DNA of 38,176 nucleotides from the NCBI GenBank assembly GCA_003695565.1, contig RFIQ01000144.1:1-38176 (forward strand). Reading direction: 5' to 3'. The position numbers and the translations under genes were made by a program. The DNA comes from Planctomycetota bacterium (GTDB lineage Bacteria; Planctomycetota; Planctomycetia; Pirellulales; Pirellulaceae). The notes beneath the pieces were generated by a model. That model was given only the letters and a program-made list of their open reading frames with translations, searched no databases and was not told where the DNA came from. The stretch's first letter is position 1. Each line of letters opens with the position of its first letter. Shown here piece by piece: positions 19,559 to 28,226 of the stretch.

Positions 19559-21532
19559 ATGCACAACTACTTTCATCTACTTGTTGCTGCGATCGCCGTG
19601 GTGACCATTCCGCCGTCGGCCTTGGCGGAGGTCCCAGCTAATGAACGGCCGAACTTCGTCGTCATTTTCATCGATGACATGGGATTCTCGGATCCCAGTT
19701 GTTTTGGCAATCCGTTGCTCCAAACTCCCAACATCGACAAACTGGCGTCCCAGGGGATCAAACTGACGAATTTCTATGTCAATTCTCCAATCTGTTCCGC
19801 CTCGCGAGTGGCCCTGACCACCGGTCAATACCAGGGGCGTTGGCGGATCCATTCGTTCCTCAATACGCGAGCCGGAAATTCCAATCGCGGCATGGCAAAT
19901 TTCCTCGATCCGGCTGCGCCCACGACCGCCAAGAAGTTGCAGGCGGCGGGCTATGCCACGGCCCATTTCGGCAAGTGGCACATGGGGGGCGGGCGCGATG
20001 TCGACGACGCACCGCTGCCTCGCGCGTATGGTTTTGATGAATCTCTGGTTTCCTTCGAGGGACTCGGTGACCGGCTTATCGAGAACAAACCGAATGCGCT
20101 CGCGCGCGCCCAGGCTCTAGGACAGGGCAGGATCATTCCTTGTGAACGTTGGGAAAGGATTCGGATCCAGACGGATCGGGCAATCGATTTTATACGCCGC
20201 CATCGAGACGAACCATTTTACGTGCGGTTGTTTCCCAACGACGTTCACGATCCCCATGTACCTCTGCCCGGTAGTGCTGACAAATTCCAAGGCGTCACCG
20301 ACGATCCCTACGTGCGCAACTTTCTGGCTGTGCTCGAAGAACTGGACCGGCACATGGGCCGAGTTGTGGCGGCCATCGATCAGTGGGGATTGGGAGAGAG
20401 GACATTGGTCCTCTTCACGAGCGACAATGGACCAACGGACTGGCCCAAAAAGTATGAAACAGGCCCGCCGGCCGGTTTCACCGGTCCGTATCGCGGGCGC
20501 AAATGGTCCCTGTTCGACGGTGGCATTCGCATGCCGTTCATCGCGCGGTGGACCGGGACGATCCCAGCCGGAATTGAAGACACGACCAGCCTGATGGCTG
20601 CTATTGATGTTTCTCCGACTATTTGCGGGTTCGCCGGGGTTTCAGTTGAAGACGATCTCGACGGTGTGGATCGTGGCGATGTGCTGTTGGGGCACCCATC
20701 CTCCCGGGGCAAGCCTGTGTTTTGGCAATATGGCCACCCTCACGCGATCCTCCAAGGCGGCAAACCGGAACACCAAAGTCCAACCTTTGCCATGCGCGAC
20801 GGTCGCTGGAAATTCCTGGTCAATCCGGATGGGAGCGAAGCCCAGCTTTTCGATCTCGTCTCCGACCAGAGCGAAACGAACAATCTTCTCCGGGCACACC
20901 GCGACCGCGCCACGGCGATGGCCCGCCAGATTTCTGGTTGGGCCGACCAGCTAGGATATGCGTTCGATAACGAGGCACCCCTTACCGCCCCAGGACCAAC
21001 TTTGGCGATCCTGGCCAGCAATCAACTCCTGCGGTTTGAAAATCATGGTGTTCAAGGAGACGCCGGATCCCTTGAGTTCGACGGTAATGCTTGGCTGGCG
21101 CTTCCCTCTTTTCGAACGCCCAAAGTGGCGGGGGGACGTTCGCTTCAGATCAAAGGTACGATTCGACCAACGTCACCCTCCGGAGTCATCCTGGCGCACG
21201 GCAACAGTCGAGCCGGCTACAGCATCTACCTCGACGAGGGCCGCCTGTGTTTTGCCGCTTGTGTTCAGAACAAACGCACTGAGATATGCTCTCCTGCTGT
21301 GATTGGAAAGGCGAGCACCTTCGAAGCAAGATGGACTCCGGAAGGCACTATGATGCTCAAGGTGAACGGCAAGCTCGTGGGCAATGCGCAGCCCGGTGTC
21401 CTAGATCAGGAACCATCCGACACGATTCACATTGGTGCAGATCTGCATCAAGCGGTAGGCCGCTATACCGCCCCCAACTTCTTTGCTGGAAGCATCGAGA
21501 ACTTGACCTTCCGGTATCCAAATGGAACGTGA
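19559..21532 (+). CDS. Formylglycine-dependent sulfatase with a C-terminal LamG/ConA-like domain
   Basis: Signal peptide, RPNFVVIFIDDMG, SPICSASRVALTTG, GYATAHFGKWHMG, FTSDNG, GGIRMPFI; C-terminal GVILAHG...GYSIYL...IGAD...FAGSIE. Confidence 0.93.
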   Translation: MHNYFHLLVAAIAVVTIPPSALAEVPANERPNFVVIFIDDMGFSDPSCFGNPLLQTPNIDKLASQGIKLTNFYVNSPICSASRVALTTGQYQGRWRIHSFLNTRAGNSNRGMANFLDPAAPTTAKKLQAAGYATAHFGKWHMGGGRDVDDAPLPRAYGFDESLVSFEGLGDRLIENKPNALARAQALGQGRIIPCERWERIRIQTDRAIDFIRRHRDEPFYVRLFPNDVHDPHVPLPGSADKFQGVTDDPYVRNFLAVLEELDRHMGRVVAAIDQWGLGERTLVLFTSDNGPTDWPKKYETGPPAGFTGPYRGRKWSLFDGGIRMPFIARWTGTIPAGIEDTTSLMAAIDVSPTICGFAGVSVEDDLDGVDRGDVLLGHPSSRGKPVFWQYGHPHAILQGGKPEHQSPTFAMRDGRWKFLVNPDGSEAQLFDLVSDQSETNNLLRAHRDRATAMARQISGWADQLGYAFDNEAPLTAPGPTLAILASNQLLRFENHGVQGDAGSLEFDGNAWLALPSFRTPKVAGGRSLQIKGTIRPTSPSGVILAHGNSRAGYSIYLDEGRLCFAACVQNKRTEICSPAVIGKASTFEARWTPEGTMMLKVNGKLVGNAQPGVLDQEPSDTIHIGADLHQAVGRYTAPNFFAGSIENLTFRYPNGT

Positions 21533-21917
21533 ACGCTCGGTCATTCTTCGATCCGCAGCAGCACAATGGATCACCCGCGCGCTCCATGTGTGCGCAGGTG
21601 AGCATCGCGGCGAATTTCGACCTGGCGGTGGCCCCGTCGACGGAACCCTCCCAGCGCCGGCAGATCGCGCTACGCACCCAAGCGTCTCAAGGACGGTCGG
21701 CAGGGTTGCTGACGGCACGCTCGCTTGGGCCGGCCGCTAGTTTTTTCCGTGCCATCGGCAAGGTACCATGGAGACGGCGGCAGTGGGTGAGCGAGAGAGT
21801 GAGCGGAAGAGCTGTTTTGGCTGCACCGCCGGGCGATGCAGCGCACCCGTGTTCGTCCTCGCCAACTTGCCGCAACTCGAGCACGCTACCTGGACACCCA
21901 AACTCTGGGACGCGTCT

Positions 21918-23684
21918 ATGTGCAGTAAACTATCCCGGCGCAGTGCGCTGTTTTGCTGGTTGACATTCGCTGGCGTCGGTTGGGCCATCGCTCAACACCC
22001 GAGCGGCTGCGCTGCGCCGGCAGGGTCTGAGGACGGCCAGCCGACCGAAGGCCCCGCCGTTCGAGTAGCGGTCGTGCAAATGGCAGTGCGTCCGGGGTTG
22101 AGCAAAAACCTGGCGTCGATTCTCGAATGGACTCGGCGTGCGGCGGGCGCCGGTGCCGAACTGGTCGTCTTTCCCGAGGCCGCGTTGAGTGGTTCGAACG
22201 CGCCCATGCCTAGCCTGGAAGCCGCTTTGACACAGGTGCGCGCGGCGGCAGGCGAGAACGGGATCAGCGTCATCTTGGGGGCGGCTGCTCTGCCGGAAGG
22301 ATCGCCGCGTCCGAAAAACCTGCTGATCGCCATCGATCCAACTGGTAGCGAAGTTTACCGATACATCAAGTTGACATCCTCGCCACGATCGCCCCCGCCT
22401 GGCCCGTTGTTGCTGGCCGGGATGCGCATCGGGCCCATCATCTGTGCCGACCGCTGGATTCGGGCCGTCGAAGAGTTACCGATTCATGCCGGTGCGAACG
22501 TGAGCATCGAGATCGCGGGCAATTTTGCTCAGGAATGGGTGCCGGACCTCCAGTGGTATTGGTACGTTTCCCGCGCGGTACGCAACAGCGTTTGGGTCGT
22601 GTTCGCTAACACCGCCGCGAATGCAGATTCGCCCGGTCACGGCCACAGCGCAGTGATCGCGCCGGATGGACGCGTGATTGCCTCGGTCCCCGACGCGCGC
22701 GAAACCATGCTGCTGGCCACCTTGGATCTGGCTGCCGCGGATCGGCAGAACATGCTCCGCAGGTCGTCCCACCCGGCGCTTGCGCCTTTCTGGCAACGCG
22801 GTGCTCGATTGGTTTCCAGTCCGCCAAAAACCAGCGACTCAGATTGGAAGGGCCGGGCCTGTCCGCAGCGTCGCATTAAGGTCTTCGTGGGTACCGCGGT
22901 GGGGGACGTGCATCAGGTGCTGCAGCAAATCGAACAGGGGGCTGCGGCGCAAGCGGACCTGATCGCGCTGCCCGCCCGGGCAATCGCGGATCAGGAAGTG
23001 GAATCGATCCGCGCGTCGGCGGCCACCCACGAAGTTACCGTGGTGATCGGGACCGAGCACCGCCAGGGAGATCGCCGGTACAACTCCGCGCTGGTCATCG
23101 GACCGACGGGCCAGTTGATCACCCGCTACGATCAACTATCCGCCATGCCACCATTTGCACCGGGAGCCGACGCCAGGCGCGCCTGGTTTGATGTTCAAGG
23201 AATTCCGGCGGTGGTGACGCTGGAGGGCGATCGTCACTGGACCGAAATCGCCGAACTGAGCGCCGTGGCTGGTGCTCGGCTGCTGGTGCACCTGGAGCAC
23301 AGCAAACCGACCGAAGACGAGATGGCGTTCCAGCGGTTTCAGTCCTTGGCCGTCATGGCGTCTTACCGTACCGCCACCGTGGTGGCGGATACGGCTGGCG
23401 CCTTCGTTTGGGAAGATCTCCACTCTCGTGCCGAACGCAGATCGGTGGTCCGGCGTACGCCGGGATTTGTCCGGCCGGACGTAGAGGTTTTCTCGCCGTT
23501 CTCGGCCAACCTACTGGCACGCGGCGCACCGGACCGACCGATCGTCGTCGACGTCGCCGTCCCCGGGCCCAACGATTACTATATGGATTCGATCCAGCGG
23601 TTTCCGGGGATGGCTGCCTGGGCACGGTATGGAGCTTCGCTCCTGCAACCTTTGCAAACGCGCGCAACGAGGTCCAAGCCATGA
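21918..23684 (+). CDS. Carbon-nitrogen hydrolase (nitrilase superfamily) with two tandem domains and a putative Tat signal
   Basis: RVAVVQM, LVVFPEAA, YIKL, GPIICAD, GHSAVIAPDG; second domain has YNSALVIGPTG; N-terminal LSRRSALF. Start ATG 21918 is inferred. Confidence 0.82.
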   Translation: MCSKLSRRSALFCWLTFAGVGWAIAQHPSGCAAPAGSEDGQPTEGPAVRVAVVQMAVRPGLSKNLASILEWTRRAAGAGAELVVFPEAALSGSNAPMPSLEAALTQVRAAAGENGISVILGAAALPEGSPRPKNLLIAIDPTGSEVYRYIKLTSSPRSPPPGPLLLAGMRIGPIICADRWIRAVEELPIHAGANVSIEIAGNFAQEWVPDLQWYWYVSRAVRNSVWVVFANTAANADSPGHGHSAVIAPDGRVIASVPDARETMLLATLDLAAADRQNMLRRSSHPALAPFWQRGARLVSSPPKTSDSDWKGRACPQRRIKVFVGTAVGDVHQVLQQIEQGAAAQADLIALPARAIADQEVESIRASAATHEVTVVIGTEHRQGDRRYNSALVIGPTGQLITRYDQLSAMPPFAPGADARRAWFDVQGIPAVVTLEGDRHWTEIAELSAVAGARLLVHLEHSKPTEDEMAFQRFQSLAVMASYRTATVVADTAGAFVWEDLHSRAERRSVVRRTPGFVRPDVEVFSPFSANLLARGAPDRPIVVDVAVPGPNDYYMDSIQRFPGMAAWARYGASLLQPLQTRATRSKP

Positions 23685-26326
23685 AATGTTTCCCGCTAAG
23701 CTCACTTATCATCGCCTGGGGGTGTGGCTTGCTGCTGCTGGGCCAGGCCTGCCCATCCTTGGCAGCAGGTCCGTTCGACGGCAAGTCGTTCCATGGCCGC
23801 ATCGCATACAGTTGCGACGGCAACCACAACGACCCGGACGACTGGGCTTCCTCGCCGATGGCTTTGGCGATCCTTGCCCAATTCGGATGCCAGCAGAACC
23901 TGGTGCACTTCGACTACAACTCGATACTGAACAACAACTTTCCCGTGTGGGAGCACCAGCATCGACAGACGGTGATGGAAGCAGCCCGACGATTCGGGTA
24001 CGACGCGCGCCTCTTTTTTGATTGTCAGCAAGATGTCGATGCAGCCGTTGCCGACCTCGTGCGGCACATCAATGCGTCCTCGGCCGACAACCCGTTGTAC
24101 TTCGTCATCGCCGGCCCGATGGAAGTGCCCGCCAGGGCGATTCACATGTCCAACCCGATCAAGCGGAGGTTCGTTTATTGCATTTCGCACAGCAGTTGGA
24201 ACGACGGCTTCTCGGCTCGGTACGACTTCCCCGTCAGCAAGCGCTCCATCATCGAAAGCGGCGTGCAGTGGGTCCAGATTCGCGATCAGAGTCTGTTGAG
24301 CACCAGCCCCTATCCGAAGTCCCGAGAAGCTCGCGATGCCGACCGGCTTCCCGGCCTGATGGCTCCGATGGAAGCATTTGCACCCTACCGATGGCTCGAG
24401 CGCCCCGACCGTGACGACTGGCTGTTTCTGTGGCAGCAATTCATTGTTTCCGGGCGTCCCGACGCGTCGGACGCCGGGATGATATACTTCTTGCTCACCG
24501 GTGACGAGCAGGCCACGCCGGAAAAGCTGCGACAACTGTTTGAAGGGAACTTGCCGCCACCGATCAGCGAGCGTCAGGTCATCCGCCTGGAGGCCGAGAA
24601 CTTCGTCGAACTCGTGGGCTACCAGCCGCAGTACCGCAAGGACCGCTCGATTTCCCATCGTCTGTTCGTTCGCCCCGTCGGGGACGCCCACTCCGCGCGG
24701 CTGGCCACGCGGGTGGACCAGCCCTACATGGCCTTCCGCACCCTGTACGATGTGGCCATCCGTTACATGGCTGGCCAGCAGCCGACGGTCTTCGAATTGC
24801 AAATCGGTGGTCAGGAATCGGAACAGGTGACGGCACCGACCGGCAGCGGATGGCAAACCGTGCGGATCCCTGCTGTCCAAATCGGGCGACGACAACGAAT
24901 GGTGCTAGCCGTCCACGGAGCGCCCGTCGCCATCGATTACGTCGAGCTGCGGCGGTCCGATTCCTCCACGTTGGCCGCGGATCCGCCCACTGCATCGCCC
25001 GCCGCCGGTCCCGCCACTGGGCATGCGCGATTTGCCGTCACCGAACCGCTGGATGATCCCGCGGCACTCCCCGGCCAAGTCATTGTCGGCGGCAAGAATC
25101 CAGGCTATCTGAAGATCAACGGCGGGCGGCCTCTCTTCCTGACTGGCCCCGACAACCCGGAAGATTTTCTGTACATGGGAGAGCTGCAGCCGGATGGAAC
25201 GCGGGCCGGTGGCGGCCAGATGGAAATCATCGAGTTCCTGGGGCAGGCTGGTGTCAATGCCTGCCACATGCTGATGTTCCGCATGCAGCGATGCAACATC
25301 AAAGACGAAGGAGACGACACGCATTGCCCGTTCATCAATCACGACCCCAGCCAGCCCCTGAACGAGAAGGTGCTGGATCAGTGGGATGGCTGGCTCCGCG
25401 AACTGGAGAAACGCGGCATCATCGTGCACCTGGAATTCTACAACGATGCCACCGACGTGGAACGGATGGGTTGGGTACTCGATTCAAATGGACGGTTGCA
25501 TCCCGACGAAGAGCGATTTGTGCGCGGCATCGTCCAGCGTTTCCGCCACCACAAGAATATCATGTGGGGCATCGAGGAAAGTGCCAATAAGCTGCCGCGC
25601 ACTTGGCTCAAACACTATCGAGCACTCAGCCGATTGATCGCTGAAGTCGACGGCCATCACCATCCAATCGTCCATAGCCTGGTCACGCCCGAAACGAAGG
25701 AACGCGACATTCACCCGGACCGCGTCATGAGCAGCGACTTGCGAGACGCCCCCCATGTCCGGGTCATCACCTGGTTGCACATACCGCCGTACGGCGAAGA
25801 TTTCGAAGCCCAACATCGAGCTTACTTGAAGTATGCCGGGATGGACGCCGATCGGTTCGTTCGCATGAAGAATGAAACGGAGTATCACCGGATAGACCGC
25901 CGCACGGCGCGCGTGCAGAACTGGGCCTGCATTTTCGCTGGCATGCACTCCTTGGAAGCCAACTGGAACGTGTCTCGCCAGGATCGCCGCCCGCGAGCCA
26001 TCGATGGCGGCATCGCACTGCGATTCATCGAGCGAACGAATTGGCACCGCTGCCAACCGCATGACGAGCTGGCCACCGGCTCCACCCGTTGGGTGCTGGC
26101 CGATCCTGGACGCGAATACCTGGCCTATTCCTATGATGCAGACGGGCCCATGGGCTTGCGGCAGTTGCCCGCCGGAACCTACGACGTGCTGTGGTTCGAT
26201 ACAGTAACCGGGCGGGCGGTGGAACAGCAAGTGAAGGTCGACACTACCGGCGACGTCCTATGGCCCGTACCCGCGGAGCTGGGCCCCGAAGTCGCCTTGC
26301 GCGCCCGAGCCGTCCCGAAAGACTAA
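23681..26326 (+). CDS. Exported multidomain protein: nucleoside-hydrolase-like, CBM-like, GH clan A-like and collagen-binding-like C-terminus
   Basis: Signal peptide; SCDGNHNDPDD and IAGPME; IRLEAENF; NIMWGIEES and KNETEY; LADPGREYLAY...LPAGTYDVLWFDTVTG. Start overlaps the nitrilase stop (ATGA). Confidence 0.7.
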   Translation: MKCFPLSSLIIAWGCGLLLLGQACPSLAAGPFDGKSFHGRIAYSCDGNHNDPDDWASSPMALAILAQFGCQQNLVHFDYNSILNNNFPVWEHQHRQTVMEAARRFGYDARLFFDCQQDVDAAVADLVRHINASSADNPLYFVIAGPMEVPARAIHMSNPIKRRFVYCISHSSWNDGFSARYDFPVSKRSIIESGVQWVQIRDQSLLSTSPYPKSREARDADRLPGLMAPMEAFAPYRWLERPDRDDWLFLWQQFIVSGRPDASDAGMIYFLLTGDEQATPEKLRQLFEGNLPPPISERQVIRLEAENFVELVGYQPQYRKDRSISHRLFVRPVGDAHSARLATRVDQPYMAFRTLYDVAIRYMAGQQPTVFELQIGGQESEQVTAPTGSGWQTVRIPAVQIGRRQRMVLAVHGAPVAIDYVELRRSDSSTLAADPPTASPAAGPATGHARFAVTEPLDDPAALPGQVIVGGKNPGYLKINGGRPLFLTGPDNPEDFLYMGELQPDGTRAGGGQMEIIEFLGQAGVNACHMLMFRMQRCNIKDEGDDTHCPFINHDPSQPLNEKVLDQWDGWLRELEKRGIIVHLEFYNDATDVERMGWVLDSNGRLHPDEERFVRGIVQRFRHHKNIMWGIEESANKLPRTWLKHYRALSRLIAEVDGHHHPIVHSLVTPETKERDIHPDRVMSSDLRDAPHVRVITWLHIPPYGEDFEAQHRAYLKYAGMDADRFVRMKNETEYHRIDRRTARVQNWACIFAGMHSLEANWNVSRQDRRPRAIDGGIALRFIERTNWHRCQPHDELATGSTRWVLADPGREYLAYSYDADGPMGLRQLPAGTYDVLWFDTVTGRAVEQQVKVDTTGDVLWPVPAELGPEVALRARAVPKD

Positions 26327-26507
26327 CCGCCGCGCGCGGGGCCGTGGGGCAACTCGCTGCCGTACCGTCTTGCACCCGCTCGACCATCCGGATCACCCGT
26401 CGTTCGCGTTCGCGGCGCATGCCCGCGCGAGGGGTTGGCAGATGACAATAATGTGACGCGTAGAGGAGCGGTCGTCGACCAAAGTTGTGGTTAACCGGGT
26501 GAGACGC

Positions 26508-26915
26508 ATGATGGAAATGCTGAAGGTCTATTTCGCGTCGTTGGCGACATTCTTGGCGATCGATGCAATCTGGTTGGGGATGTTAGCCCGCACGTTCTAC
26601 CGCCAGCGACTGGGGTTTCTCCTGGCAGAGCGGCCGAATTGGTGGGCCGCCGCTGCGTTCTACCTGCTGTTCGTTGGCGGCATGCAGATATTTGTCATCG
26701 CCCCGGCGGTCGACGGCGGTTCGTTAGGCCGGGTCGCCTTGCGCGGTGCGCTGTTCGGTTTGGTAACCTACGCCACCTACGACCTTACCAACCAGGCAAC
26801 CCTCAAGGGTTGGCCTTGGATCGTCACTGCCGTCGATCTGGCTTGGGGCATGCTCCTGTGTACAATCGTTTGTTCCGTTGGTTTCCTCGTCGCCTCCTCC
26901 GTTCGCGGAACCTAA
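26508..26915 (+). CDS. DUF2177 family membrane protein
   Basis: IDAIWLG, GALFGLVTYATYDLTNQATLKGWP and VDLAWG motifs; four TM helices; exact start uncertain (26487-26517). Confidence 0.88.
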   Translation: MMEMLKVYFASLATFLAIDAIWLGMLARTFYRQRLGFLLAERPNWWAAAAFYLLFVGGMQIFVIAPAVDGGSLGRVALRGALFGLVTYATYDLTNQATLKGWPWIVTAVDLAWGMLLCTIVCSVGFLVASSVRGT

Positions 26916-27114
26916 CCATGTCCGGCGAACGAGCGTTTGCCCCACCCACCCTCCACTTGCTCCTTTCTACGCCATTGCGTCAATGCATTTCCCTCCTCCG
27001 TTACTCACCCCGCACCATCCTTTCTCTCACCTCACCGTGAACTGCATATGGTAGGGCCGTTGCAAAACTGCTTGAAACTCGATGCGCCACCGAGGGACGT
27101 CGCAGAACTAACCC

Positions 27115-27188
27115 GAAGCCCGACTCTCTCGTAGCCTGACGCTCCAAGTCGGGTAATTCTCCAGCCCGGATTCGGAGAGTCGGGCTAC
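27115..27188. repeat. GTAG-type REP doublet (REPIN-like) between convergent genes
   Basis: gtagcctgacgctccaagtcggg (27131-27153) versus the reverse complement of 27165-27188 (gtagcccgactctccgaatccggg); a third partial copy gaagcccgactctc at 27116. Confidence 0.75.
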
Positions 27189-27193
27189 GGCGC

Positions 27194-27811
27194 TTACTGC
27201 GGCGGCCGCGCGAAGCCAGGCAGCGGCAGGTTTCCGTGAGCTACTTGATCGTAGAGAAATCGCAGCGCTTCGCGGAGATTGCCTCGGTAATGGCGAAAGA
27301 CCGCTTGGATCGCATCCTGGGGCAGTTCGTCGGAGGTGTATCCAAGTTCGCGAATCAGGGAGGTGAGCAGTTGGGGGTTGGTCGTCGTGCGCAGCCAGAC
27401 GGGCAACCCACAGCGACGGTGGACGGCTACCACCAGGCCTCCCGCTCGGGATTTCCGCAAGATGGCGTTCCAGCCGCGCCAGGGGGTCTTTTCGGCGCTG
27501 TCGAGCAACACGATGGCTCGGCCGGCACGGGCCAGCACGGCGTCGACGACCGCGGCCCGCTGCGACGGCTGGTGGGGCATGCGAACGTACCAGGCAGCGC
27601 GGCCCAGGTGGATGGGGATTTCCCGCTCCAATTGTTCCAGCAGAGTCGTTTTGCCGGATCCCTGCGGACCGACGACCGCGCCGCGGTAATTCAGATCCTG
27701 CAGCCGCGTCATCAGAGCCGGCCAATCGCCAGCGGTCAGGCGAAATGGCAGCGCGGTGACGCGATCGACGGCGAACGGATTCAGGCGTGCAGGGACGGGA
27801 TGGGACGCCAT
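27194..27811 (-). CDS. Small AAA+/P-loop ATPase
   Basis: Walker A GPQGSGKTT, Walker B IVLLDSAE, C-terminal GNLREALR sensor-II-like motif, N-terminal NPF. Confidence 0.82.
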   Translation of the reverse strand: MASHPVPARLNPFAVDRVTALPFRLTAGDWPALMTRLQDLNYRGAVVGPQGSGKTTLLEQLEREIPIHLGRAAWYVRMPHQPSQRAAVVDAVLARAGRAIVLLDSAEKTPWRGWNAILRKSRAGGLVVAVHRRCGLPVWLRTTTNPQLLTSLIRELGYTSDELPQDAIQAVFRHYRGNLREALRFLYDQVAHGNLPLPGFARPPQ

Positions 27812-27827
27812 CGAATTACGGAACCGA

Positions 27828-28226
27828 TTAGAACGAGGACGACGGTGCGGTGCTCAGCGCATCGCCACGGTGCAATAGAATCTCTTTGCCCTCTGGGGCA
27901 ACGACTATTTCCACTTGCGCGGCTTCCTGCGACGGAAATGCAATGGCCTCGATCGCCCATACCAGGGAAATCAGTTTGCCGGAAAAGCTGTAGGGTTCAT
28001 CCGGAGCAACGAACCGGAACGGCTCTCGCCCACTCTCCGCCGGGTGCGCAAGAGTGCGGGTCTCATGGATTCCCACGTCCAGGTCCCCCTTACCGCGCGT
28101 AAACCAGATCAATCGTACTTCCACACGCTCGGGTGGCTTAGACAGGTCTTGCCAACTCGCGGTACCGGCGATCGTGTCGCCGGGCTGGAATGCCTGCTGG
28201 TCGTTCTCCAGTTGGATCGAGATCAT
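27828..28226 (-). CDS. Hypothetical protein, arrestin-N/SpoOM-like beta-sandwich
   Basis: FQPGDTIAG, VEVRLIWFTRGKG and FRFVAPDEPYSFSGKLISLVWAIEA resemble the arrestin N-domain pattern; ATGA overlap with the upstream gene. Confidence 0.65.
   Translation of the reverse strand: MISIQLENDQQAFQPGDTIAGTASWQDLSKPPERVEVRLIWFTRGKGDLDVGIHETRTLAHPAESGREPFRFVAPDEPYSFSGKLISLVWAIEAIAFPSQEAAQVEIVVAPEGKEILLHRGDALSTAPSSSF

Noticed and set aside
23408-23680. Upstream extension of the 972-aa ORF
   Set aside because: Overlaps the nitrilase gene; the signal peptide begins at ATG 23681
26327-26450. GC-rich hairpins as an intrinsic terminator
   Set aside because: No clean stem followed by a U-tract
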